From IMG/VR virus record IMGVR_UViG_3300008952_002488, positions 32,001 through 96,000 of that record: a stretch of DNA of 64,000 nucleotides; one strand, written 5' to 3'. The translations under genes and the position numbers were made by a program. This stretch comes from a virus. Positions 10,644 to 20,050 of the stretch are shown here, one piece after another; within the stretch, counting starts at the first letter, position 1, and the number at the start of each line of letters is the position of its first letter. The notes below the pieces were generated by a model, which saw nothing but the letters and a program-made list of their open reading frames with translations, did not search any database and was not told the DNA's origin.

Positions 10644-11060
10644 ATGAGCAATTTAGTACGATACAACACACCTAGTCTTCTTGGACGCAGCATCTTTGAT
10701 GAACTGTTCGGAGACTTCCAATCACTAGCGAGAAAATCAACCTCGGGTTATCCCGTAGCTGACATCTTCTCCAACGAAGACGGGAGCACAACTCTTGAGT
10801 TCGCTCTCGCAGGTTTCAGCAGAGAGGATCTTAGCATTGAGATCCAACCAGAAAAGAGCAGTCTCACTGTGCGTGCGGAAGCCAACACGGAAGGCGACAG
10901 CAATCGACGCATCGCCCGCCGAAGTTTTCAGAAGACCTTTGTGAACTATGACAGCAACCTTGACCTGACGGCAAGCACTGCTGACTTTCACAACGGACTT
11001 CTGTCAGTTACTATCCCACGGAAAGCGGAGACGCAACCCGTGATTATTGATATCAACTAA
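10644..11060 (+). CDS. hsp20: Small heat shock protein (Hsp20/IbpA family)
   Basis: YPVADI..LEFALAGFSREDL..RRIARRSFQKTF..ADFHNGLLSVTIP alpha-crystallin motifs; strong SD AAGGAGG. Confidence 0.93.
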   Translation: MSNLVRYNTPSLLGRSIFDELFGDFQSLARKSTSGYPVADIFSNEDGSTTLEFALAGFSREDLSIEIQPEKSSLTVRAEANTEGDSNRRIARRSFQKTFVNYDSNLDLTASTADFHNGLLSVTIPRKAETQPVIIDIN

Positions 11061-11083
11061 GGTATCAAAATACGCACAGCCAG

Positions 11084-11110
11084 AAGGAGGGGTCTAAGCC
11101 CCTCCTTTTT
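11084..11110 (+). terminator. Rho-independent terminator
   Basis: AAGGAGGGG-tctaag-CCCCTCCTT followed by a T-run. Confidence 0.85.
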
Positions 11111-11204
11111 CTTAGGAAACAAAAAAAGATTTAGAATTACTATAAACCCTGTGAGGGTGTGTTATAGTAGATGCACGGTCAACTAACCAGTAAAGGAGAA
11201 AATC

Positions 11205-11993
11205 ATGGGTATTGATCTTGATAAAATGCGGCAAAAGCACGCCGCTCTAACGAAGTCTGGCGACGGTCAGGGTGACATGTTCTGGAAGCCAGAAGACGGC
11301 TCGCAGGTTATCCGCCTTGTTTGTCCAACAGACGGCGATCCCTTCAGGGAGTTTTACTTCCATTACGGATTGGGTGCTGAGGGTAAAGCCAGCGTTCTTA
11401 GTCCTCGCACATTTGGCGAGACCGACCCAATCTCGGAGTTTGGTACGAGGCTCTGGAAGAATGGCACGGACGAAGACAAGCAAGCAGCCAAACGCTTTTG
11501 GCCCAAGATGCGAGTCTTTGCTCCCGTCGTCGTTCGTGGGGAAGAGGATAAGGGCGTTCGCTGGTGGGGCTTTTCTAAGACCACTTATGAGAACTTGTTG
11601 AATGTCGTTCTTGATCCTGAGTACGGTGATATCACCGACACCGAAAAGGGAACGGACCTGCGTATTGACTACGGCAAGAAGTCTGGTCAAGCCTTCCCGA
11701 CGACGGACGTGCGCCCAATGCGTAAGAGTTCGCCTCTTGCCAAGACGGATGAGGAGATTGAAAAACTCCTTGGCTCAGTGCCTGATACCACTACTGCCTT
11801 TGAGCGTGTGTCTTATGATGAGTGTGAGCGGATTCTGCACGAAACCCTAGGGGCAGATGCAGCCTCAACTACCGCTGATTCGGAGACAACTCGTTATTCC
11901 GAAAAGACTACTGCCAAGGCTACCACCAAGACGGATAGTAACCTTGAGGGTGTCAGCGATATTGAGTCAGCGTTCGACGATCTATTGGCGTAG
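11205..11993 (+). CDS. Single-stranded DNA-binding protein (T4 gp32-like)
   Basis: FWKP, DPFREFYFHY, DPEYGDITD..GTDLRI and an acidic tail ending SAFDDLLA; lies upstream of the recombinase. Confidence 0.8.
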   Translation: MGIDLDKMRQKHAALTKSGDGQGDMFWKPEDGSQVIRLVCPTDGDPFREFYFHYGLGAEGKASVLSPRTFGETDPISEFGTRLWKNGTDEDKQAAKRFWPKMRVFAPVVVRGEEDKGVRWWGFSKTTYENLLNVVLDPEYGDITDTEKGTDLRIDYGKKSGQAFPTTDVRPMRKSSPLAKTDEEIEKLLGSVPDTTTAFERVSYDECERILHETLGADAASTTADSETTRYSEKTTAKATTKTDSNLEGVSDIESAFDDLLA

Positions 11994-12053
11994 TTGGCCG
12001 CCAACCCGCAGGGAGGCACGGGGTACAGGTGTCTCTCCATTTATGGAGATAAA

Positions 12054-13124
12054 ATGGCAAACAAAGCTGGAAACAGCCTTGTAAATGATTTGCGAAGCGA
12101 ATTAAACAAGGCTGCCAAAGAGAATATTGCATACGATTTGCACGGGGACAACCCGACAGACGTGAAGACTTGGATCCCAACGGGTTCGACTCTTCTTGAT
12201 TATATTATTTCTAACCGCCGAGATGGCGGCATTCCTGTCGGCAAACTCACCACGATTGCCGGCGAGTCTGCCAGCGGTAAGAGCCTTGTTGTCACGCAGA
12301 TTTTGGCGAACACACAAAAGATGGGAGGGCTCGCTGTTTACATCGACACAGAGAACGCAGCCTCCCCGGACTTCATGGAACAGTTGGGGCTTGACACCAA
12401 GAACAATTTCTTGTATGTGCAGCCCGGCACGGTCGAGGAAGTGTTTGAGAACATTGAGCGATTGATTGGGCGCATCCGTGAGAAAGCCCCAGACAAACTT
12501 GTTTGTATTGTTTGGGACAGCGTTGCGGGAACACCAGTCAAGGCAGAGGTTGAGGGTGACTATGATCCCAACAGTCGCATTGGTCTGACAGCCAAAGCAC
12601 TAGCCAAGGGTATGCGGAAAGTAACCGAAACGCTCGGCAAGGAGCAGATTGCTCTGGTTTTTACCAACCAGTTAAAGACCAACATCGGCGTGATGTTCGG
12701 AGACAACCGAGTGGAGCCCGGCGGAAAGGCTCTGCCCTATCACGCTTCTGCTCGCATCTGGTTGACCCAACACAAAGGCAAAGCCAATGGACAGATACTA
12801 AACGACAAGAAACAGGTCATCGGCTTCCATACGAGTGCCAAGACCATGAAGTCTCGCTTCGGTCCATCACCAAGGAGTTGTGAGTTTGATGTATTGTTTG
12901 ACCTTGCTAATGACCGAGTTGGAGTTAATGATGAGGGCTCCTGGCTTTCTGCCATCGCTGGTACGCCTGGTTGTGTTCGCAGCGGTGCTTGGTATACAAT
13001 CAACGTTGACGGGGAAGATAAAAAGTTCCAAAGTAAGGACTTTCTAAAACTTCTGGAAGACAAGAAATTCAAAGAAAGAGTTCTTGACATTTTAGAAGAC
13101 GAATGTAGAATAGGTAAGAAGTAA
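12054..13124 (+). CDS. recA: RecA/UvsX recombinase
   Basis: IPTGS..LD, Walker A GESASGKS, YIDTE, IVWDSV, FTNQL, PGGKALPYHASARI. Start moved to ATG 12054 (SD GGAG). Confidence 0.93.
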   Translation: MANKAGNSLVNDLRSELNKAAKENIAYDLHGDNPTDVKTWIPTGSTLLDYIISNRRDGGIPVGKLTTIAGESASGKSLVVTQILANTQKMGGLAVYIDTENAASPDFMEQLGLDTKNNFLYVQPGTVEEVFENIERLIGRIREKAPDKLVCIVWDSVAGTPVKAEVEGDYDPNSRIGLTAKALAKGMRKVTETLGKEQIALVFTNQLKTNIGVMFGDNRVEPGGKALPYHASARIWLTQHKGKANGQILNDKKQVIGFHTSAKTMKSRFGPSPRSCEFDVLFDLANDRVGVNDEGSWLSAIAGTPGCVRSGAWYTINVDGEDKKFQSKDFLKLLEDKKFKERVLDILEDECRIGKK

Positions 13125-13142
13125 ACTCTTACCGGAGACCCC

Positions 13143-14099
13143 ATGAAAAGATTGCTTATTATCGATGGACAAAACATGTTCATCCGTAACTATGTTATGT
13201 CTCCCCAACTGGATATCAACGGACATCCTATTGGGGGACTGACTGGTTTTATGCGCTCCCTTCAGAAAGAAGTGCGACGTGCCAAACCCGACCGAGTTGT
13301 AGTTTGTTGGGAAGGCCCAGGCGGCTCACAGAAACGCCGGGAGAAAAACAAGAACTATAAACTTGGACGGAAAGCTCCCAGGCTCAATCGTGAGTACGAG
13401 TTCGCTACACCCGAAGAGGAGCGAGAGAACAAGTACGAGCAACTTCTGCGCCTGACAGAGTACCTAGAGAACCTGCCAATCCTCCAGATGTCCCTTGAGA
13501 ATGTAGAGGCTGACGACATCATCGCCTGGCTGTGTCACTGTAATGAGTATGCCGAGTGGCAGAAGGTTATTGTATCCAACGATCAAGATTTTCTACAGTT
13601 ATGTGATGACAAGACCATTCTGCTACGCCCAGGCAAAAACGAACAAGTTCTCAATAAGAACAAAGTCTTAGAAGAATATGGCATCCATCCTCGCAACTTT
13701 GCGTGGGCTCGTGCCATCGTCGGTGATAAGTCTGACAACCTTGACGGCGTGAAGGGTCTCGGACTGAAGACAGTTTCTAAAAGATTTCCCTTCCTTTCGG
13801 AAAATAAAGACTATGGTCTCGATGACATTATGTCGCACGCAAAAAATAATAAAAATAAAGTAAAGGCATATCAAAATGTTGCCGAAAATGAAGAAATTAT
13901 TGCCTTAAATTATGAAATCATGCAGCTATATACAAGCACCATATCACCACAAGGAGTCAACAAGCTCAAGTATGCGATTCAGAATGACGGGGTTAATCTT
14001 AATCGCTCAGAAATTAGGAAAATGCTCCTCAAGGATGGTATCGGTACTCTTAATATTGACGAATTGATGCTGATGCTTCGCTCTCATAAAAAAGTTTGA
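13143..14099 (+). CDS. 5'-3' exonuclease / RNase H (FEN-like)
   Basis: LIIDGQN, YKLGR, EADDII, SNDQDFLQL, GDKSDNLDGVKGLGLKT. Confidence 0.92.
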   Translation: MKRLLIIDGQNMFIRNYVMSPQLDINGHPIGGLTGFMRSLQKEVRRAKPDRVVVCWEGPGGSQKRREKNKNYKLGRKAPRLNREYEFATPEEERENKYEQLLRLTEYLENLPILQMSLENVEADDIIAWLCHCNEYAEWQKVIVSNDQDFLQLCDDKTILLRPGKNEQVLNKNKVLEEYGIHPRNFAWARAIVGDKSDNLDGVKGLGLKTVSKRFPFLSENKDYGLDDIMSHAKNNKNKVKAYQNVAENEEIIALNYEIMQLYTSTISPQGVNKLKYAIQNDGVNLNRSEIRKMLLKDGIGTLNIDELMLMLRSHKKV

Positions 14100-14152
14100 G
14101 AGTGCCCTTTATATTTTCGTCACATGAGTTATAGTGGGGATAAGGAAATCTA

Positions 14153-15649
14153 ATGACCGAACAACAGCACGACACATTTAGTAAGTTCGGAAAGTCCTTC
14201 CAAGAAAAACTAGTAAAGACCATCCTGTTTGACCGCAACTTTGCGAACCAAATGGAAGAGGTCCTTGATACAAACTATCTGGAACTAAAGTACCTACAGG
14301 TTTTTGTAGACCTTTTGATTCAGCATAAACAATCCTACCCGCACCCAACCTACGAAGCAATGGTCTCAGTGGTGCGGACACAGACAGAGGACTACTCTGG
14401 CAGCATTATCAAGCAAGTCATCGAGTTTATGGCTCGCATCAAAAGCAATGCCATCGGGGACGATGATGAAGAATATGTCAAGGAGAAGTCGCTAGACTTC
14501 TGCAAGAAGCAGAAATTAAAAGAAGCCATCCTCAAGTCCGTGGATCTTCTTCAGTCCCAGAGTTTTGACCAGATTCAAAAGGTCATCAACGAGGCGATGA
14601 ACCTGGGTGCCGACAACGACCATGGGCACGACTGGCACCAAGATGTTCTTGACCGTTTTGAGATGAAGATGCGTAACCCCATCTCTACACACTGGGATGA
14701 GATTGATGATATTACCAAGGGCGGCTTAGGCAAGCGAGAGTTGGGCGTCGTCGTTGCCCCGACTGGTGCGGGCAAGAGTATGGCGCTTGCTCATCTTGGT
14801 GCGATGGCTGTGGTCAAAGGCAAGACCGTAGTTCACTACACATTAGAACTTGCGGACACCGTAGTTGGTCAACGCTACCACTCCTGCATCACGGGCATCG
14901 ACATAAAGAATCTAATGTCGATGAAGGATGCCATTGTGATGGCAGTTGAGCACATCCCAGGCAAACTGATCATCAAAGAGTATCCAACCAAGTCAGCCTC
15001 CACCCGCACTATTATCGGGCATCTCGAAAAACTAAAGCAAAAGGGCATCACTCCCGATATGATTATCGTGGACTATGCCGACCTTTTGAAACCAACAGCA
15101 TCTGGGTTCAAGACTCAGGAACTACGCCACAGTCTCGGCAACATCTATGAAGAACTGCGAGCCATCGGGCAAGTTTGGGACATTCCAGTATGGACAGCAT
15201 CCCAAACAAACCGCAGCGGATTGAACGCCGAGGTCATTACGATGGAAGCCATCAGCGAAGCATTTAGCAAGTGCTTTGTGGCTGACTTTATCTGTTCTAT
15301 CTCCCGCACGATTGAGGACAAGACCGAGAACAAAGGTCGTATGTTTGTTGCCAAAAACCGCAACGGCATTGACGGCATTGTCTACCCCATGGAGATTGAC
15401 ACAGCCAAGGTCCATATGAAAGTCTTGCCACCTGACGAGCACTCAACGATTGATGCCGTTGTGATGAAGACTAAACAAGAGCAAGACGAACACCTACGCA
15501 AGAAGTACCAGAAGTTTAAACAAGAACGCCGCAAGACACAACAAGCGGAAGATAATAAAAAAAAAGAAGTGAATGAAAAGAAAAGTCTTAAAGATGAGTT
15601 ACGAGATTTAGCACAAAAACTTAAAGCCGAGGAGCAACAAACAGCATGA
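14153..15649 (+). CDS. dnaB: Replicative helicase (DnaB/gp41 family)
   Basis: Walker A APTGAGKS, YTLEL, IIVDYADL, WTASQTNR, KNRNG. Confidence 0.92.
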   Translation: MTEQQHDTFSKFGKSFQEKLVKTILFDRNFANQMEEVLDTNYLELKYLQVFVDLLIQHKQSYPHPTYEAMVSVVRTQTEDYSGSIIKQVIEFMARIKSNAIGDDDEEYVKEKSLDFCKKQKLKEAILKSVDLLQSQSFDQIQKVINEAMNLGADNDHGHDWHQDVLDRFEMKMRNPISTHWDEIDDITKGGLGKRELGVVVAPTGAGKSMALAHLGAMAVVKGKTVVHYTLELADTVVGQRYHSCITGIDIKNLMSMKDAIVMAVEHIPGKLIIKEYPTKSASTRTIIGHLEKLKQKGITPDMIIVDYADLLKPTASGFKTQELRHSLGNIYEELRAIGQVWDIPVWTASQTNRSGLNAEVITMEAISEAFSKCFVADFICSISRTIEDKTENKGRMFVAKNRNGIDGIVYPMEIDTAKVHMKVLPPDEHSTIDAVVMKTKQEQDEHLRKKYQKFKQERRKTQQAEDNKKKEVNEKKSLKDELRDLAQKLKAEEQQTA

Positions 15650-17517
15650 ACGAGCAAGACATCTCAACCCAAATCCTCTCGGATATTACAGTGTACATGA
15701 AGTACGCCCGTTATTTACCTAAACAAAAACGCCGTGAAACCTGGGATGAGTTAGTTACTCGGAACATGAAGATGCACCTCAAAAAATACCCGGAACTCAA
15801 AAAAGAAATCAAAGAGAATTATAAATTTGTATTTGACAAAAAGGTTTTGCCTTCCATGCGCTCCATGCAGTTTGCAGGCAAGCCCATTGAAATCTCTCCT
15901 AACCGCATCTTCAACTGCGCTTATGCCCCAGTAGATGACTGGCGTGTATTCGGCGAAATTATGTTTTTGTTGCTCGGTGGAACTGGTGTTGGATACTCGG
16001 TCCAGAAACACCATGTGGATGAACTGCCGGAAATTAGAAAACCAAATGCTAATCGCACTCGGAGGTATTTAATAAATGATAGTATTGAAGGATGGGCTGA
16101 TGCCGTCAAATATCTTATTCGCAGTTACTTCTTCGGTGGCTCACGGCTACGATTTGATTATAGCGATATTCGCCCTAAAGGCGCTCGCCTTGTAACCTCT
16201 GGCGGCAAAGCCCCAGGACCACAACCTCTCAAGGAATGCCTGGTTAAGGTCGAGGGTGTGCTCTCTGAAAAGGAAGATGGCAGCCGTCTGTCTGCTATTG
16301 AGGTCCACGACATCGTTTGCCATATTGCCGACGCTGTGTTGGCGGGTGGCATCCGTCGTGCTGCTCTCATTTCTTTGTTCTCCGCAGATGACAAGGAGAT
16401 GATTGCCTGTAAGGCTGGCAACTGGTGGGAACAAAACCCCCAGCGAGGACGAGCCAACAACTCCGCTGTACTTTTGCGGCACAGAATCACAAAAGAATTC
16501 TTCCTAGACTTGTGGAAGCGAGTGGAAGCATCCAACGCTGGCGAGCCTGGCATCTACCTGTCCAACGACAAGGACTGGGGAACCAACCCGTGCTGTGAGA
16601 TTGGACTACGACCCTTCCAGTTCTGTAACCTGACCGAAGTAAATGTCAGCAACATCACAGGACAGAACGACTTGGAAGAGCGGGTGAGGGCTGCCACCTT
16701 CATCGGCACACTCCAAGCAGGTTATACAGATTTTCATTATCTTCGCCCAGTCTGGCAGCGAACCACAGAGAAGGATGCCCTGATAGGGGTGTCTATGACT
16801 GGCATCGCTTCTGGTCGTGTGCTCCAAGATGACATTAGTTTGACGAACGCTGCCAACGTTGTGAAAGAAGAAAATGCCCGTGTTGCCCATGCGATTGGCA
16901 TCAACCCGGCAGCCCGCACAACCTGCGTTAAGCCTGCGGGAACCACGAGTTTGACTCTCGGAACATCCAGCGGCATCCACGCCTGGCACAACGACTATTA
17001 CGTCCGCCGAATCAGAGTTGGCAAAAATGAGCCAATTTATTGGCACCTTTCAATTCACCACCCTGAACTGGTGGAGGATGAGTACTTCCGCCCACACGAT
17101 ACAGCAGTCATCTCGGTGCCCCAACGAGCACCAGAAGGCTCTATCCTCCGTGACGAAAGTGCCTTCCAGCTTTTGCGGCGGGTAAAGAAAATTACAAGAG
17201 AATGGGTCAACCCTGGTAAACGCTCCGGACAGAACGGACACAACGTTTCAGCCACTATCTCCCTCCACGAAAACGAATGGACGGATGCTGGCGAGTGGAT
17301 GTGGAACAATCGCCACCACTACAACGGACTGTCAGTCTTGCCCCACAACGGCGGCACCTACCAGCAAGCACCCTTTGAGGACTGCTCTAAGGAGAAGTTT
17401 GAAGCGATGCTGGCTACGCTAGAAAACGTTGACCTCACCAAGATTGTTGAAGAGGATGACAACACCGACCTCAAAGGTGAGGCAGCCTGTGCTGGCGGTG
17501 CGTGCGAAATCACTTAA
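15646..17517 (+). CDS. nrdJ: Class II (adenosylcobalamin-dependent) ribonucleotide reductase
   Basis: LPSMR, FNCA, GGIRRAALISL, TNPCCEI, FCNLTEV, VKPAGT and C-terminal CAGGACEI; no beta subunit nearby. Confidence 0.9.
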   Translation: MNEQDISTQILSDITVYMKYARYLPKQKRRETWDELVTRNMKMHLKKYPELKKEIKENYKFVFDKKVLPSMRSMQFAGKPIEISPNRIFNCAYAPVDDWRVFGEIMFLLLGGTGVGYSVQKHHVDELPEIRKPNANRTRRYLINDSIEGWADAVKYLIRSYFFGGSRLRFDYSDIRPKGARLVTSGGKAPGPQPLKECLVKVEGVLSEKEDGSRLSAIEVHDIVCHIADAVLAGGIRRAALISLFSADDKEMIACKAGNWWEQNPQRGRANNSAVLLRHRITKEFFLDLWKRVEASNAGEPGIYLSNDKDWGTNPCCEIGLRPFQFCNLTEVNVSNITGQNDLEERVRAATFIGTLQAGYTDFHYLRPVWQRTTEKDALIGVSMTGIASGRVLQDDISLTNAANVVKEENARVAHAIGINPAARTTCVKPAGTTSLTLGTSSGIHAWHNDYYVRRIRVGKNEPIYWHLSIHHPELVEDEYFRPHDTAVISVPQRAPEGSILRDESAFQLLRRVKKITREWVNPGKRSGQNGHNVSATISLHENEWTDAGEWMWNNRHHYNGLSVLPHNGGTYQQAPFEDCSKEKFEAMLATLENVDLTKIVEEDDNTDLKGEAACAGGACEIT

Positions 17518-17565
17518 AGGGAAGCAAAAAATATAATATAATGTAAGGGCAGAAAGGAGCCCATC

Positions 17566-17799
17566 ATGGCTACGCTAAACTTTATCATGCCCCGTGATTT
17601 GAAAGACGGCTTTTGTGAGCGAGAAGAAAAACAACACAAGGTCAAACATTCTTGGTTGCCATCTGGCCAAACCCGTGCTATCTTTGGAGACGAGATAGCG
17701 ATTGAGTGCTATTGTAAGCACTGCAACTTGCGAGAGTGGACCCAAACTTCTCGCTTGGAATTTGAAATGTTACAAGATATATGGAAGGAATTACAATGA
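17566..17799 (+). CDS. Small Zn-ribbon-like protein
   Basis: C..H and CKHC residues; SD AAGGAG. Confidence 0.6.
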   Translation: MATLNFIMPRDLKDGFCEREEKQHKVKHSWLPSGQTRAIFGDEIAIECYCKHCNLREWTQTSRLEFEMLQDIWKELQ

Positions 17800-18047
17800 A
17801 ACCATTGAATCGCAGACTACTTATTGAAGTCGTCGAGGAGGAGCCACAGCAGGGAACTTTCTTTGTTCCAGTAGAGGAAAAGATTGAAGAGTTTTTGACG
17901 GCTAAGGTTATTTCGTGTGCTGAAGATTGTACCAATGACCTGACTGGAAAGACTGTTGTCGTTCACTCTTATGGTACAGAAGAGGTTACAGTCAAGGGAA
18001 AGAAATATACTTTTATTGGAGAGAACAACCTGATTTGTGTAGAATGA
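17796..18047 (+). CDS. groES: GroES-like co-chaperonin
   Basis: MKPLNRRLLIE...YGTEEVTVKGKKYTFIGENNLICV. Confidence 0.8.
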   Translation: MKPLNRRLLIEVVEEEPQQGTFFVPVEEKIEEFLTAKVISCAEDCTNDLTGKTVVVHSYGTEEVTVKGKKYTFIGENNLICVE

Positions 18048-18048
18048 T

Positions 18049-18747
18049 ATGAAAAAGATTTTGAGCGAATGGAAAAAGTTTTTAAATGAATCCGGGTTTA
18101 ACCGAATCAAGAATATCCTTCAGGGCAACGTAGCCTCTGTGGGTACAGTTGGTTTTATGACAGGTGAAAACCCTATGGCGCAAAAGATGTCATCCAAAGA
18201 AAACCGGATGCTCAACAAAGAGTTGATGGCTTGGATGCGTGAGCGTGGCTACGGACCCATTCGCATTAGAGGTCGCTTTGGAAACATGGAGAGATCTATG
18301 ATGATTCCCAACATCACCCGAGAAGATATGGTGGAGGCTGGCAAATACTTCAACCAAGAATCGGTTATTTGGGGAGAGAAGACCGACGAGAATGCATTTT
18401 TATTTGAGTACATCGAAGGCGATGTCACCGTCCAGCGCCGTGATGTTGTCTTGTTTGATGATGAAGTCCAGGCCCGTGAGGATTTTTATTCCCAAGAAAG
18501 ACAGTCAGCCGGACGCAAATTTTATATCCCCTTCTTTGACGATCAGTATGAGATGGAAGAAGGACATGAATATGATTACGACTTGCCAAGTCTAAGCGAA
18601 ACCCAACGAGAACAGAACAAAGAACTTATTAAAGAAATCAACGATAGGATTAGTTACACTTTGGACGCTAGTCGAGCCCCTAAATCTCGCTGGCATCATC
18701 GCCAAGTCCTTCGGCTTAAACTTCAGGAACTAAAAAATAAGTTATGA
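18049..18747 (+). CDS. Putative virion internal protein with leader MKKILSEWKKFLNE
   Basis: Shared leader; GFMTGENP and FNQESVIW core. Confidence 0.65.
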   Translation: MKKILSEWKKFLNESGFNRIKNILQGNVASVGTVGFMTGENPMAQKMSSKENRMLNKELMAWMRERGYGPIRIRGRFGNMERSMMIPNITREDMVEAGKYFNQESVIWGEKTDENAFLFEYIEGDVTVQRRDVVLFDDEVQAREDFYSQERQSAGRKFYIPFFDDQYEMEEGHEYDYDLPSLSETQREQNKELIKEINDRISYTLDASRAPKSRWHHRQVLRLKLQELKNKL

Positions 18748-19256
18748 AAAAGATAATGGAAAACTTTAAAAAGTTTCTCGCCGAAGCGCAAAAGGGTGAC
18801 TATGAGGTTGGTGGCGAGTTGGTGCTATTCCACTACGCCCCAGTAGATGCGGAAGCAATTCTTGTAGACCCTAAGTACTTTGCGGACAGAGCCAAGAGAA
18901 GTTCCTTCACTAGAAATGAGTACGAAACAAGCACGGTCCCCAGAACTTTTTGGTATGTGGACCCGCAACAAAGAGAAAGACAAGTGGCTTCAGGACGCCA
19001 CTTGTATCAAGCCACAATCCCAGCGGGAGAAATCTATGACTTCAGAAACGACCCCGAAGGATACAAGAAAAAACATAGTCATCCAATTTATAAATTAAGA
19101 AAAGGCGAAGAGTGGAATACGATGCTAGAGGATATACGAGACAGCTATGCTGGTGTATACTATTCCCTGAGAGCTTTTGATGTAGTGTCGCTATTCGTAC
19201 CCTACGAGGCGACCCGAGTCCCACCCGAAGAACAAGCCCGATTAGAGGGCGAATAA
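18744..19256 (+). CDS. Leader-bearing protein, possible ADP-ribosyltransferase-like fold
   Basis: Leader MKKIMENFKKFLAE; VLFHY, RTFWY and HLYQATI strands. Confidence 0.5.
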   Translation: MKKIMENFKKFLAEAQKGDYEVGGELVLFHYAPVDAEAILVDPKYFADRAKRSSFTRNEYETSTVPRTFWYVDPQQRERQVASGRHLYQATIPAGEIYDFRNDPEGYKKKHSHPIYKLRKGEEWNTMLEDIRDSYAGVYYSLRAFDVVSLFVPYEATRVPPEEQARLEGE

Positions 19257-19269
19257 GAAAGGCAACAAT

Positions 19270-19581
19270 ATGAGACTTAAAGGAGAATCCTACGGCATCC
19301 ATGTGGGAACATTTGTAATGAACTTCCATCATAAACTCTTACGGCTCGGCGTCGTGCGAGAGAAGCGGATCGGCGATCACGGCTGGGCCTATTGTAAGAT
19401 TGATTGGCTGGAGGATGATATTCATATCGCAAAAGTTGCATGGGACAAAAAAATGAGATCTTCCTATCGGGATCCTGAAGAAATCCGAGTAGACTGGCTC
19501 ACGCCAGTAAGCCCAAAGTGGTTGCAAAATGTTATGACTGCTTACGGAGAATATCAAAATGAGCGAAGAACAGAAATCTGA
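19270..19581 (+). CDS. Small SH3-like hypothetical protein
   Basis: HVGTFV..LGVV..YCKIDW..IRVDWLTPV. Confidence 0.55.
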   Translation: MRLKGESYGIHVGTFVMNFHHKLLRLGVVREKRIGDHGWAYCKIDWLEDDIHIAKVAWDKKMRSSYRDPEEIRVDWLTPVSPKWLQNVMTAYGEYQNERRTEI

Positions 19582-19915
19582 AGAGGTTGCTGATGATCTA
19601 ATCCCGAAGCCACCACCTAAGTTGGCTCCGAGAGGGATTACCAGTTTCACAGTTTACCGCCAGCATGATGAGACAGGTGTCTCTGGTGATGGTGTTGTTA
19701 TTGAGGGCGTCGTTATGGCGACAGGTCAATGCGTTGTTCACTGGCTCTACCCACCGCCTCGTGGAGGTATTGCCATCTTTGATAGTATGAGTGATTTTGT
19801 GAAGGTTCACATCGAACCACACCCAGGTAACCAAACTATCATCACATATCAGGACGGACACAAAGATGTGTACGGACACAAAACCGAGGAAGATAAAGCG
19901 GATGAAAAGAAATAA
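19559..19915 (+). CDS. Conserved phage hypothetical protein
   Basis: FTVYRQHDETGVSGDGVVIEGV motif recalled from small phage proteins. Confidence 0.65.
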   Translation: MSEEQKSEEVADDLIPKPPPKLAPRGITSFTVYRQHDETGVSGDGVVIEGVVMATGQCVVHWLYPPPRGGIAIFDSMSDFVKVHIEPHPGNQTIITYQDGHKDVYGHKTEEDKADEKK

Positions 19916-19959
19916 TAATCCTACTTAAAACAATCGGAGTTCCCCATACGATGGGTGGA

Positions 19960-19991
19960 GAGCAGGGTTCGGGCTACCCTGCTCATTTTTT
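19960..19991 (+). terminator. Rho-independent terminator
   Basis: GAGCAGGGT-tcgggct-ACCCTGCTC followed by ATTTTTT. Confidence 0.8.
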
Positions 19992-20050
19992 CTTGAACTA
20001 TTCTAAAAGTAAGCTATACTATTATCACACCAAAATTAGAAAGGTAGTCA

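Noticed and set aside
11994-12053. ORF-track N-terminal extensions (recA 11994; also 25037, 25601, 25737, 28190, 32143, 32577, 33085, 34378, 42018, 45750, 56788)
   Set aside because: Downstream starts have better SD or coupling and match family N-termini; the extensions overlap upstream genes or RNA structures.
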